Shown: in pieces, positions 47,696 through 57,197 of the stretch
Position numbering within the stretch: the first letter of the stretch is position 1
Layout of the letters: every line of letters begins with the position of its first letter
IMG/VR virus record: IMGVR_UViG_3300037851_000671
Location: 154,773-218,772 of that record
Source of the DNA: a virus
Lineage: Duplodnaviria; Caudoviricetes
Strand: one strand, 5' to 3'
DNA length: 64,000 bases
Position numbers and translations under genes: made by a program
The notes under the pieces: generated by a model
Databases searched by the model: none
Told to the model about the DNA's origin: nothing
What the model saw: the letters and a program-made list of their open reading frames with translations, nothing else

Positions 47696-48415
47696 TCATT
47701 CCTCTATGGCTAATAGATGATCTCCAATATAGTTATGATTCAAAGAGAATTCAGGAATTTCAAAATCTTCCTTTATTCCATCGCCCTTGCAGAATTTCAC
47801 ACACCATCCAACCTTCTGCCATGTAGGCATCGGCCCTCGGTGAATTCCTTTATCAGCTAACATCTGAACCATTTCTGCCTGGTTTTTCTTGTGTAATTCT
47901 TTATGAGAGAAATGTTTTTGAGCAAGGCTTGATATACCATTTCTAATAGCATCTTTCTGACGCCATACAAAATAGTTATTCACTTCTTCTTTTGGTAATA
48001 CAAAAGCTCTTGAATCAAATGTTGCAATTTTCTTGTGAGCTTTGTTGAGTTGCAACATGGCGTGATTGAAAGCAGCTGTAGCGATACTTGCGCTCACGCT
48101 CACAATTTTCTGTAGGCTCTTGTCAAACCAAGCCTGTGTACTGAATGTTTCGTAGTCATTGATAAGAATACTGATCTCGTCTGACTGTATGTAAGCTACT
48201 TTTGCACCGCTTATATTCTTGATTAGTGTTTTTGCTGCCTCGGTCATTGCCTTGTGCATTGTTGGATCGAAAGGCTTATCCAGACCTCTTGTGTAGGTGT
48301 GGAAATGGCATCCGTCCAAACGAATAATTAGCGGCGTTCTTGGGGTCAAATGAATCCTTGGAATGTTTTCGTAGGATTTCATTCTGTTTCCAAGGCTATC
48401 TTTTTCGGGTTTCAT
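47696..48415 (-). CDS. thg1: tRNA-His guanylyltransferase Thg1-like protein
   Basis: 'LGNRMKSYE', 'IIRLDGCHFHTYT', 'YIQSDEISIL', 'FDSRAF', 'WRQKDAIRN'. Confidence 0.92.
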   Translation of the reverse strand: MKPEKDSLGNRMKSYENIPRIHLTPRTPLIIRLDGCHFHTYTRGLDKPFDPTMHKAMTEAAKTLIKNISGAKVAYIQSDEISILINDYETFSTQAWFDKSLQKIVSVSASIATAAFNHAMLQLNKAHKKIATFDSRAFVLPKEEVNNYFVWRQKDAIRNGISSLAQKHFSHKELHKKNQAEMVQMLADKGIHRGPMPTWQKVGWCVKFCKGDGIKEDFEIPEFSLNHNYIGDHLLAIEE

Positions 48416-48451
48416 TTTGTATCTCCTTTGGGAATCTTCTGGTATTGAAGC

Positions 48452-49318
48452 ATGAGCGATATTGACAGGTATGCTACAATTTTTGTAACAGCAGCCTCAA
48501 GAACTATTCAAGAGAGCCTTGAGATTGCCATGGCTCGCCATATGTCTAGCTTGGAAAAAGACCTAGCCAAATCAATGAAGCGTATTGGCTACAAACCAAC
48601 TGTCATAGGGAACATAGAAAATACATTCGCTTCTGAGGATAGTGTACTTCCAATAACGCTATACACGAGAGAGAAGAAAGTTGACGGTCCAACTCTTCTT
48701 GTTGTGGCTGGTTTCCATGGTGATGAACCAGCCGGACCACTAAGTGTTCTCAGTTTTATCGAGAACAACCCAGACTATATATCAAAGGCAAACCTATCGT
48801 TTCTTCCTATTGCTAATCCATTTGGTTGTCTGAAGCTTCGCAGATGGGGTCTGAAAGAGATGGATCCAAATAGAGGTTTCTGTAGAAAGAAAGACAAGAT
48901 CTCAGAAGAGGGTATCGCACTAAAGGCTAGACAAGCTGACTGGGCCGAACTTGCAAAGGATGGATTGATAGACCTTCACGAAGACCCTGATGGCAAAACA
49001 GCTTTCGTATACACATGGAACAGAGGTCCTATAAACAACCTAGCCAAAAGCATGAGCAAGAAACAGAGTATGTTTTTCAATCTTGCTCCTCAATCAGATA
49101 TGAGAAAGAAATCAAATTGGGAAAGTGTTAGCAAGGGAATAATACACAACATGAAAAACGGCGGGTTTGAGGATTGGCTATTTTCAAGCGGTACAGTTCC
49201 TCACATAATCACTACAGAAACACCAGGACTACAGCGTATGAATGAGAGAGTTCAGTGCGGTGCTGAGCTTATCAAACACTTCATAGACTATCACATAGAG
49301 AATAAGGGAAAGATATGA
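48452..49318 (+). CDS. M14 metallocarboxypeptidase/deacylase-like
   Basis: 'AGFHGDEPAG', 'NPFG', 'DPNRGF', 'IDLHED', 'TTETP'. Confidence 0.82.
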   Translation: MSDIDRYATIFVTAASRTIQESLEIAMARHMSSLEKDLAKSMKRIGYKPTVIGNIENTFASEDSVLPITLYTREKKVDGPTLLVVAGFHGDEPAGPLSVLSFIENNPDYISKANLSFLPIANPFGCLKLRRWGLKEMDPNRGFCRKKDKISEEGIALKARQADWAELAKDGLIDLHEDPDGKTAFVYTWNRGPINNLAKSMSKKQSMFFNLAPQSDMRKKSNWESVSKGIIHNMKNGGFEDWLFSSGTVPHIITTETPGLQRMNERVQCGAELIKHFIDYHIENKGKI

Positions 49319-50211
49319 CAGACACACCAGAATATGTATGCGATTTGGAAGAAAGCCAGATACCAGCTTCTGAATGGATACCAACACTAAAAACCAATGG
49401 TGATCACTATAGCGGAACAACCCTTGAGGGAGAGTCCAGGGATCAGCAGGTGATTGATGCCGCTGGAAACACCCCAACATGGCTAAGACGTTGGATACCT
49501 GTGACATGGGAAGAGAACGGACATACGATTACTGTATTTACTCTTCCTGATTACTTCTGTGTTGGAACGGATGTCGATTTTGTGTATCCGTCAATGAATC
49601 CAGTATCTGCTGAGACATTGGGAGCACATATCAAAGCGGTGCTACCAACTAGGAAAATTGTCAATCAGATATACGCAGCGGCAGATAAAAGGGAAGAGGG
49701 CCACCCAATGACGCCAGATCAAGGATATCCATACGATGATAGTATGAGGTATACTTCACGCTGGGCAATCAATGCTGCCAAAATATGGGAGAGCGTTAAT
49801 GCATCTCCAGGTATTTTCCTTCGTGGTCATAAGAAGGTGATGGTGGTCAGTCACGGGCTGGAGAAGAAGCCATCAACGAAGGTCCCATACCAGCTATACA
49901 AGCTCGGATTCTACGGCTGGAGCAAGTCCGGTCAAGCACCTGCACAGCCCTTGGTGAACGGTTCCTGGGCCATTCAGGGCCCTACTGTTGGTGGCAACAT
50001 GATCGCCCATGAGTGGTGGTATGATGATTATGCTCATGCAGCCGAATTCATCCATGAAGATTGTGTGATCGATGATGTTGTCATGAAGGTAAGAGATGTA
50101 ACCAAAGATCCAGAACTGTATAAGTTGGTTCTAGATCCTCCAGGTTGGGAATACCAAGGCTCACCAGATAAGCCTCTTATGTTTTCCAGCTATCACGATC
50201 TACTTCCATGA
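49315..50211 (+). CDS. hypothetical protein
   Basis: 298 aa ORF coupled to the M14 gene. Confidence 0.55.
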   Translation: MTDTPEYVCDLEESQIPASEWIPTLKTNGDHYSGTTLEGESRDQQVIDAAGNTPTWLRRWIPVTWEENGHTITVFTLPDYFCVGTDVDFVYPSMNPVSAETLGAHIKAVLPTRKIVNQIYAAADKREEGHPMTPDQGYPYDDSMRYTSRWAINAAKIWESVNASPGIFLRGHKKVMVVSHGLEKKPSTKVPYQLYKLGFYGWSKSGQAPAQPLVNGSWAIQGPTVGGNMIAHEWWYDDYAHAAEFIHEDCVIDDVVMKVRDVTKDPELYKLVLDPPGWEYQGSPDKPLMFSSYHDLLP

Positions 50212-50246
50212 ATCGGGCAAAGAATCGGGCAATGATAGCCCGATTC

Positions 50247-51398
50247 TCACAAGCTGGTCCATGTGTAAGGTAGCTTTCTGTTCAATGCTCGTAACGCGCT
50301 ACTAACACCCTCTGTCGCTGGCTCGGGCATTATGACAGTGGGAGCTGTTGTGGCTGTTAAAGCAGCTCCAGGTGATTGCTTGCGTTCGTATACTTCAACA
50401 GCATAGAGCCAGGTCTTTCCAGCCTCAGACAATGGGAAACCTTTGTTCTTTGCTTCTTGGAATACAACAGGATCAATCCTTTCACCAGTTGCGCCCTTCA
50501 GATCATGAGGAGCAACACGCAGCTGGTATTCTTTACCATTCCAGTTGACTATCTCTGTGTAACCAACTGGCTTCTGACCAATCCATTCACGTTGCTTTGT
50601 CCTAGCAAGCTCACTCACAGACTGATGATCTTTCACTGGAACAAATTCATTGGATAGAGATGGAGCTGCCGGGGTAACAACCGAATCCTGAGGTGCATCG
50701 CTTGGTTGCCAATTTGGATTTGGTTCAGAGAATGGTGGTGTAGCTTGTCCTTGAATTGATTGTATCGCTTCATCAATCTTGGACTTGATGCCACTTGGAG
50801 GTCCGTTAGCTACCATTGACCTTACCTTGTCTGGCATGATTCTTCCGCCTTCAGCCAAACCAGAGTTCTGTTTGACTGCCAAATCCTGATACTGTGGATT
50901 TTTGAACACCGCCTCTGGGTGTTGTTTCTTGTAGGCTTCTTGGAAAGCGAGAGAGGCATATATTGAACCATCAGGGTTCTTGTACCCTCCAAAGTTCATG
51001 AGATAGATATCACCAGCAGTTTTGTTCTGTACAGGGAAACGCTGAAAGAACTTCTCGGTCCACTTCAAAGACTCTGTTGGCGGAAGGAGATAGAAATTCT
51101 CCCAAAGATGATCTGTGATACCAAGCATTTGAGCTGTTTTCTTGATAAGCTGGTTGAAACCTTGAGCAATGATTTTCCCGCCCTGAATATTACGAGCAGC
51201 AGGATCGAAACCTGATTCATTATTGATAACAGCAGCAATGTTGTATGGGTTAGCATTCAGACGTTGACACATCTGAACAAACTGAATCCAGAACTCTGCT
51301 GGCAAACCAGACCCCTTAGGACCTGAAGAGGAACTAACGGCTGCTTTGTAGAACAGCTCAGAGTGTATTGCTGCTATAGAAGCTTTTCTCATACACAT
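50247..51398 (-). CDS. lysozyme-like / lytic transglycosylase domain protein
   Basis: 'AAVINNESGFDPAARN', 'AQGFNQL', 'DIYLMNF'. Confidence 0.72.
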   Translation of the reverse strand: MCMRKASIAAIHSELFYKAAVSSSSGPKGSGLPAEFWIQFVQMCQRLNANPYNIAAVINNESGFDPAARNIQGGKIIAQGFNQLIKKTAQMLGITDHLWENFYLLPPTESLKWTEKFFQRFPVQNKTAGDIYLMNFGGYKNPDGSIYASLAFQEAYKKQHPEAVFKNPQYQDLAVKQNSGLAEGGRIMPDKVRSMVANGPPSGIKSKIDEAIQSIQGQATPPFSEPNPNWQPSDAPQDSVVTPAAPSLSNEFVPVKDHQSVSELARTKQREWIGQKPVGYTEIVNWNGKEYQLRVAPHDLKGATGERIDPVVFQEAKNKGFPLSEAGKTWLYAVEVYERKQSPGAALTATTAPTVIMPEPATEGVSSALRALNRKLPYTWTSL

Positions 51399-51408
51399 TT
51401 ATGGCTTC

Positions 51409-52626
51409 TTATGCCCTAAGAGCAAGTGACAGCTCCCTGAACGTGTTTCTGAAAGATGTGCCTCTAACATCATCAAAACAATTAGCTTCATTCAAGAAAT
51501 TCTGCACTCCAACATAGTAAGGGTTCCTTAACATGTTGATTACACCAACCAAATCAGAAACCTTTGTGGTTTTCAATTCTTTGTGAGCCATGTAGCTTTC
51601 AATCTTGGCAGCAGCCTTTTCCCTGACATGTGGAGTAAGAGCAACTGGAGAGATTGACTCTCTGTGGTACACGATCTCAAAGTTTAGGTAGTAACCGCGC
51701 TCTTCACACCAATCAACCATTTCAGTAACATTGAAAACATTGAAAGCACAGATGGTGTGGTAGATCTTTCCAAGTTTATGTTTGAAAGAGTCAATGTTGC
51801 GTTCTATTACATCAAACTTGCTTGGGTATCTGATGTAGTCATTTACAGGACCAATACCATCAAGGCTGAAGTTTATGGTTGCGCTGGTAAGCTTTTCAAC
51901 AGCTTCTCTTGCTCTTGGTGATATTGATGTACCATTGGATAGAATGTCAAAATGAACTCTTGGTATTGAGCCAATGCGTTCCAGCAAAGGAACAAACATT
52001 TGGTTGGTAAAAACCTCTCCGCCGCTTATCCACACACTCATACCGAAAGCCTTAGAAGACTCTATTATTGTGCGAATGATCTCTTCAATGAGAGGTTCGT
52101 TTTCAGGCCAAGCCAGATTACCAATAGCAGAGGTACCAGTTAGTATGAGTTTGCCACTATTATCTTTGGCAAAGTTGAAAGTACCATGGCTACGTGCCCA
52201 TTCTGGTATCTTCTGCAACTTGTTCATTTGCTCATACCAACCAGTGCTTGAACTGGGGCTGCACATGACACAAGCTATGTTGCATTTGTTACCAAGAATC
52301 AGATTCATGTTTGTTGGCTTTATGTCTGTTTCACCATCTTCTTTGGTATGAATCTCACATATGTCTTTTGTGGCCCATCTGTTGACTTGTCTTTGGAACT
52401 GTCTTAACGATGGAGGTCCACCTTTCTCTTCAGCGTTCCAGCAATAAGAACATGTGTCAGGTTTCTCGTTGTTTAGAAACTGAAGCCTAACCTTTTTCTT
52501 CTCCGGATGGTTATGGTCTATGTTTTCATACCCAAGAGATGCCGTTGACCTACAGCACAGTTTGTGAGCGCCGTTATTGTCTATGAATGTTTGTAGCCAT
52601 GGAACCGGGCAAAATGAGTCTTCCAT
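51409..52626 (-). CDS. radical SAM / twitch-domain protein
   Basis: 'FCPVPW', 'NKCNIACVMCSPSSST', 'ISGGE', 'SLDGIG..DYIRYPS'. Confidence 0.85.
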   Translation of the reverse strand: MEDSFCPVPWLQTFIDNNGAHKLCCRSTASLGYENIDHNHPEKKKVRLQFLNNEKPDTCSYCWNAEEKGGPPSLRQFQRQVNRWATKDICEIHTKEDGETDIKPTNMNLILGNKCNIACVMCSPSSSTGWYEQMNKLQKIPEWARSHGTFNFAKDNSGKLILTGTSAIGNLAWPENEPLIEEIIRTIIESSKAFGMSVWISGGEVFTNQMFVPLLERIGSIPRVHFDILSNGTSISPRAREAVEKLTSATINFSLDGIGPVNDYIRYPSKFDVIERNIDSFKHKLGKIYHTICAFNVFNVTEMVDWCEERGYYLNFEIVYHRESISPVALTPHVREKAAAKIESYMAHKELKTTKVSDLVGVINMLRNPYYVGVQNFLNEANCFDDVRGTSFRNTFRELSLALRA

Positions 52627-53840
52627 TATCTGCGCCTCTGAATTGTTTCATTTACAATGAAACCATACTTACGTAACTCTATGTAAAGCTCACTAAACAC
52701 ACGTTTGAAAGATGTTCCACGAATGTCATCCAACAACTTTGCATATTTTAGAAATTCTTTCGGATCTCCGTCACCAGGAGTTACCAAAGATCCATAAAAA
52801 CCCATAACATTTTCCTCAGATATTATATTTGGTTTATTTGTATTGTAATAGTCCAAGATTTTGTTAGCTGCCTTTTCTCTGATAGGAAGCGGCAAAACCC
52901 TTGGTGAATATCTATTAAACCCAAATGCGGGATTTATGTTTGCTGAAAAATCATTGGCATTGCACCACTCAAGAACATCAGAAACATTGAAAACATTAAA
53001 CGCTGTAACCGTTATAAATACCTGTTTCACCCACGGCTTTACAAGTTTGGCCGTATTCTCAACAACATTCCATTTACATGGATATCTTTGATATTCAATA
53101 ACATCTCCAACGCCATCTATACTAAGAATTAACTTTACGTTAGTTAATCTACCCAAAAGATCAATTTCTTTTTGGTGTATAGATGTGCCGTTAGAGAAAA
53201 CTTTAACATATACATTTGGAATATTTCCAAAACGCTCTAACACGTATAAAGCGTCTTGGCGCAAAAAAAATTCACCACCAAGAAGTTTAAGGTCCAGTCC
53301 TTTATGCTGAGCCGCAGCCTGACTAACCATTACAAATACTTTTTCTTGTATTTCTGGGTTATCAAACCAATCTGTTCCAATAACCCTCATTTTGTTGTTT
53401 ACTTTTTCAGCAAAAACACCAGTTTGACCAAAATCCCATTTAGATATATGTTCCCAATCATTAGTCCACCCTGTTGAAGATGGTGGCCAACACATAATAC
53501 AAGCAAGATTACATTTATTCCCAAGTGTCAAATCTATACTTTTAGGAAAATATGTAGTATAACCATCTGCTTGTGTTTGTTCCACAAACATAGTTTTTGA
53601 AAATCCTTGTAATAATGTTTGACGAAGAGAAAAACCACCATTATCTTCTATCTCAAAACACTGACACGCCTCTGGAGTTTCATTGTTCAAAAACCTTAAT
53701 CGAAGTTTTTTTTTATTATCGCTATTATGATCAATATCAGCACCCAAGTGCTGTGTTCTATAAAGGCAACATGGTATATGCTTACCGGTTGACTCTATAA
53801 ATGTAGTTGACCACGGCGATGGGCAAAAATTATCTTTCAT
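52626..53840 (-). CDS. radical SAM / twitch-domain protein, tandem paralog
   Basis: 'FCPSPW', 'NKCNLACIMCWPPSST', 'LGGE', 'SIDGVG..EYQRYP'. Confidence 0.85.
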   Translation of the reverse strand: MKDNFCPSPWSTTFIESTGKHIPCCLYRTQHLGADIDHNSDNKKKLRLRFLNNETPEACQCFEIEDNGGFSLRQTLLQGFSKTMFVEQTQADGYTTYFPKSIDLTLGNKCNLACIMCWPPSSTGWTNDWEHISKWDFGQTGVFAEKVNNKMRVIGTDWFDNPEIQEKVFVMVSQAAAQHKGLDLKLLGGEFFLRQDALYVLERFGNIPNVYVKVFSNGTSIHQKEIDLLGRLTNVKLILSIDGVGDVIEYQRYPCKWNVVENTAKLVKPWVKQVFITVTAFNVFNVSDVLEWCNANDFSANINPAFGFNRYSPRVLPLPIREKAANKILDYYNTNKPNIISEENVMGFYGSLVTPGDGDPKEFLKYAKLLDDIRGTSFKRVFSELYIELRKYGFIVNETIQRRR

Positions 53841-54688
53841 ACTCTCCTTATGTTTTTTATATGACGTTTCCTAATTCTTCCATTTCTATCACGAGGATAA
53901 TATTCCCTCATTGAATCTGGAATATCAGGTCTGGTGAAAAATTCTTCATCGGTCACTCTTGGCAGCCAGTCCCAATCTTTCGGCCATACAGACACGTGGC
54001 CATAATCAAGCCATCCTATTGCAACATTGTCAGGGTTATAGGTAGTGTCATCAGTAAGGTTTAATCTCAGATAGTTTCCAGACAAGTGTATGTCTTTATT
54101 ATAGGTCCTAATCTCTGATGCGTGTACGTGGAAACTACGAACCAACTTGGATGGATTTACCGGTAAGAGCCCTGAGTTCATTAGTTCGTATGCAAACCTA
54201 TTATCACAACCTAGCACTCCAACATGAAAATCTACATTAGAAACACTCAAGGGCGTCTTGAACACATAGGTATCAAATGACAGGTTGGCAGAACTACCGC
54301 TCCACCACTTGGCTTGTGCAATTGTATCGCTATTATCTATGTCAATTGGAGGATCCCATCTTGTCAAACAATAGCACATCAATTTGGATTGAAAATCAAG
54401 CAATGACAGTGTATCATCGAAGAATATGTCAGAGTTGGTAAGCGCTACAATAGTATCTGGTGGTATGTTCGCACCAATGTAGTCAACCAGTGTCTTGAAA
54501 GTTGGCCGCTGATCTGTGATGTTTATATGTGTTTTGGGGCTTTTAAATGACAAAACCCTGGAATCCTCGGTGACAATGTGAACCGAATCAACCAGAGGAT
54601 TGTTCAAGTTCTTTGTCAAAGCGTAGGAGAACTCATCGTTCCTACGCTTGTTTTCCGAGAAAGCCAGGGATGTTACTAGATGAACCAT
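53837..54688 (-). CDS. glycosyltransferase-like hypothetical protein
   Basis: 'LTNSDIFFD', 'LTRWD', 'GVLGCDNRFAY'. Confidence 0.5.
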   Translation of the reverse strand: MVHLVTSLAFSENKRRNDEFSYALTKNLNNPLVDSVHIVTEDSRVLSFKSPKTHINITDQRPTFKTLVDYIGANIPPDTIVALTNSDIFFDDTLSLLDFQSKLMCYCLTRWDPPIDIDNSDTIAQAKWWSGSSANLSFDTYVFKTPLSVSNVDFHVGVLGCDNRFAYELMNSGLLPVNPSKLVRSFHVHASEIRTYNKDIHLSGNYLRLNLTDDTTYNPDNVAIGWLDYGHVSVWPKDWDWLPRVTDEEFFTRPDIPDSMREYYPRDRNGRIRKRHIKNIRRV

Positions 54689-54707
54689 ACCTTATGGCAT
54701 ATATCAT

Positions 54708-54896
54708 CTAGTCAGCATCATCCATTTCGTCCAAACTTTTCTTCCAATGCTGCCGTTGTTTCTTGGAGGTTTGGCGCTTGTATATTCTTCTAGCTTCGCG
54801 AGCTTCTTTTTTAGTCTCAAAACGTTGATGGCTCTTTTTCTTTAGCCATTCAATATCTTTCTCCAACTCGTCCATAACAGACCTCTGTGACACCAC
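54708..54896 (-). CDS. small basic hypothetical protein
   Basis: 62 aa ORF. Confidence 0.4.
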   Translation of the reverse strand: MVSQRSVMDELEKDIEWLKKKSHQRFETKKEAREARRIYKRQTSKKQRQHWKKSLDEMDDAD

Positions 54897-54917
54897 CGCA
54901 CATGCTGAATATCTCCG

Positions 54918-54990
54918 TCATCCCACCCAGATTTGAACTGGGGATCTTTTCGATGTCAACGAAACGATTTAGCCGCTAATCTATGGGATG
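54918..54990 (-). tRNA. tRNA-Val(GAC)
   Basis: loop TTGACAT, acceptor CATCCCA/TGGGATG. Confidence 0.82.
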
Positions 54991-54999
54991 TTCTTTTGG

Positions 55000-55074
55000 T
55001 GGTGAGCCGAAAGGGAGTTGAACCCTCAGTCACAGGGTAAGAACCTGCTGGTTTAGCCATTAACCGACCGGCCC
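55000..55074 (-). tRNA. tRNA-Lys(CTT)
   Basis: loop TTCTTAC, encoded CCA. Confidence 0.82.
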
Positions 55075-55079
55075 GAAAT

Positions 55080-55204
55080 AGCAACGAAAGAATCGAAGAC
55101 CTTGCTTGTCGGCTGCTCTACCACTGAGCTATGTGGCGGGAAACCACAGCAGGACTCGAACCTGCGACCCGCTGATTAGGATGAAGGATCCTCTACGCGT
55201 TGCT
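55080..55204 (-). ncRNA. modular Y-RNA-like element E4 (circularly permuted tRNA cargo)
   Basis: AGCAACG/CGTTGCT; GATC-CTTCATC; T-arm GCAGG-TTCGAGT-CCTGC; acceptor TGTGG/CCACA closed by a loop; D-arm GCTC-AGTGGTA-GAGC; GGTC. Confidence 0.9.
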
Positions 55205-55207
55205 TTG

Positions 55208-55279
55208 TCGGGGTGGCCAGGATCGAACTGGCGACTTCTAGTTCCCAAAACTAGCGGACTACCGCTGTCCTACACCCCG
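55208..55279 (-). tRNA. tRNA-Pro(TGG)
   Basis: loop TTTGGGA, C1-G72, A73. Confidence 0.9.
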
Positions 55280-55789
55280 TAAATCTAAATCATGTCCAGC
55301 ATGTAATGCTGCGTGACAGTTTTTGCAAAGAAGAACACATGTTTCAATTTCAGTTTTAACGTTTTCCCAACACCAACCTCTTGAATATTTGAAATTAGGA
55401 TCTTTTTTGGAAGGATCTAGATGATGTATATCTAAAGCTGCTTGATATTTATCATATCCACACGCTTTACATTTACCTCCAAGAAACTCCCTGGCTCTAT
55501 TTTTATTTTCTTGGCCCAGTTTAGTGGTATATTTGTTGTGACACCTACCACAAACTGTTGTTTTGTTACCATAGAATTTTTCTGGATTTGTTTCTCCACA
55601 ACTACATTTACGAGGGCGTGGTATTTTTGAGTCCTTGTTTTCTATTTTCCCATGTGGCCCACGTAACAAAACAAGTTTTTCTTTTTGTACCCAGTATCTA
55701 ATTGTTGTTTGTGAACATTCTAGTTCTTTTGCAAGTTCATTTGTACTATATCCATTTTCAACTAGTTTTTTTAGTTTCTCGATATCCAT
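55259..55789 (-). mobile_element. HNH homing endonuclease with N-terminal HTH
   Basis: 'GGKCKACGY..ALDIHH..CVLLCKNCHAALH'; stop codon lies in the tRNA-Pro D-loop. Confidence 0.85.
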
Positions 55790-55808
55790 AGTTCAATATG
55801 GTGTTGGA

Positions 55809-55932
55809 AACGAACGAAAGTTTTGAAGACCAACGCCCTCCGAAAGTCATGTTTCCTTGGGCCTAAATGATGCCCGCCAATTTAGGACATCGCACTGTCA
55901 TATTGATGAAAGATCTTCGTGACGCGTTCGTT
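55809..55932 (-). ncRNA. modular Y-RNA-like element E5 (non-tRNA hairpin cargo)
   Basis: AACGAACG/CGTTCGTT; GAAGATC-TTTCATC..GGTCTTC; internal CCTAAAT/ATTTAGG stem. Confidence 0.8.
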
Positions 55933-55944
55933 ACATGTATCTGT

Positions 55945-56448
55945 TTATATCACGTGATATGCCGTGAAAGAAGAAAATCTTACGAAAGCTCCGAACGTAT
56001 TTGCAATGGTTGTAATAACCCCAGTGTACTCCTGGTCCATACATCCAATCAAGTCATTGTCACCAAGATAGTCAAGTACCACAATCGAAGTACATTCACA
56101 CATATGACTAAGCTTGTTTTCCTTGAACTTCTTGTTGCAAACCAAGCGCCTGTGATGATGTGGTACTTGCTTTATTTTGTTTTGGGTTCGCCCAATAAGA
56201 GTACCAAATATTGTGCTGAAAAACTTGTCCATAGTATATTCTGGATTGTATTGTTCTGTGGGAAACATCTTAAGAGTAACCCTAGAATTTTCTGTTGGAC
56301 ACTTATCAAACCACACAGGAGATTCTGCATTCAATACGCAAATGTCATTAGAGAAGTCACCAACATCGTAGATTGGTGTAATGGCGGCTGGATCATGAAC
56401 CAGTAACCACTTAGCAGCTTCTCCATACATTTCGTGTTTGTATTTCAT
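55945..56448 (-). CDS. hypothetical protein
   Basis: 167 aa ORF between two elements. Confidence 0.45.
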   Translation of the reverse strand: MKYKHEMYGEAAKWLLVHDPAAITPIYDVGDFSNDICVLNAESPVWFDKCPTENSRVTLKMFPTEQYNPEYTMDKFFSTIFGTLIGRTQNKIKQVPHHHRRLVCNKKFKENKLSHMCECTSIVVLDYLGDNDLIGCMDQEYTGVITTIANTFGAFVRFSSFTAYHVI

Positions 56449-56470
56449 GCGGATACTTATATCAAGAAAT

Positions 56471-56622
56471 AAGGAACGAAAAAGCGAAAGACCAGTTTTT
56501 TCGCGCTCTACCAGACTGAGCTATATGCTGATGTTGGGCTTTATGAGCCTTGTCAGCATAGTTGGATTCGGACCAACGACCTCGATCTCCTAAAGATGAA
56601 TGATCTTTCTAACGCGTTCCTT
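56471..56622 (-). ncRNA. modular Y-RNA-like element E6 (circularly permuted tRNA cargo)
   Basis: AAGGAACG/CGTTCCTT; GATC-ATTCATC; T-arm GTTGG-TCCGAAT-CCAAC; acceptor TATGCTGA/TCAGCATA with inserted hairpin; D-arm GCTC-AGTCTGGTA-GAGC. Confidence 0.9.
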
Positions 56623-56624
56623 TG

Positions 56625-56699
56625 TCAGGGTGAGAGGAATCGAACCTCCAGCCTCCTGGCTCCAGACCAGGCCGTCTACCAAATTGACATTACACCCTG
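56625..56699 (-). tRNA. tRNA-Pro(TGG) with atypical loop (C33, A37)
   Basis: acceptor CAGGGTG/CACCCTG, A73, loop TCTGGAG. Confidence 0.72.
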
Positions 56700-56703
56700 A
56701 AAT

Positions 56704-56771
56704 ACTAACGAAAATAGCGATGACCTTGGTTTTCAATGTTCGGTTGATGAAGGATCATCTTGCGCGTTAGT
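56704..56771 (-). ncRNA. modular Y-RNA-like element E7 (minimal)
   Basis: ACTAACG-CG..GATGATC-CTTCATC-20 nt-GGTCATC..TTTT-CGTTAGT. Confidence 0.8.
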
Positions 56772-56845
56772 TGGTTGTGGTACCCCGATTCGAACAGGGG
56801 AAAAGACCTTCAAAGGGTCCGGTTATACCGCTTAACTATACCACA
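56772..56845 (-). tRNA. tRNA-Gln(TTG)
   Basis: loop CTTTGAA, encoded CCA. Confidence 0.85.
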
Positions 56846-56859
56846 GAATATATCATTTG

Positions 56860-56932
56860 TTAGGGCAGATGGAGTTGAACCATCAGTATTTGCGGTCAGA
56901 GCGCAACATTTTGCCAATTAAATTATGCCCTA
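56860..56932 (-). tRNA. tRNA-Gln(CTG)
   Basis: loop CTCTGAC, acceptor TAGGGCA/TGCCCTA. Confidence 0.85.
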
Positions 56933-57063
56933 GTATAATGGAACGTTTACTGGTGAATATTACTCTTTCCAGATCGTGTCCCTAACGTTTTTGGCAGCGT
57001 TTTGTTGATTGATCTTCAGGTTACAGCGGAAACCTGAATTATCTAGGCAAGTCCTAGCACCAG

Positions 57064-57136
57064 TCGGATATCTGAGAGTTGAACTCAGCGCAAAAATCTT
57101 ATCAGGATTTCCAGGGCAACCGTCCCGTCCTACCCG
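57064..57136 (-). tRNA. tRNA-Ile(GAT), atypical D-arm
   Basis: loop CTGATAA, T-arm CTGAG/CTCAG. Confidence 0.65.
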
Positions 57137-57197
57137 CAATCTAGTAATATCTTGATATATCTCCGAACATAGGTCTTTCAGTTATCGGAGGTATAGT

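Noticed and set aside
57016-57057. Two hairpins between tRNA-Ile and tRNA-Gln
   Set aside because: Short stems with no family signature; may be processing or terminator structures, insufficient evidence for an ncRNA.
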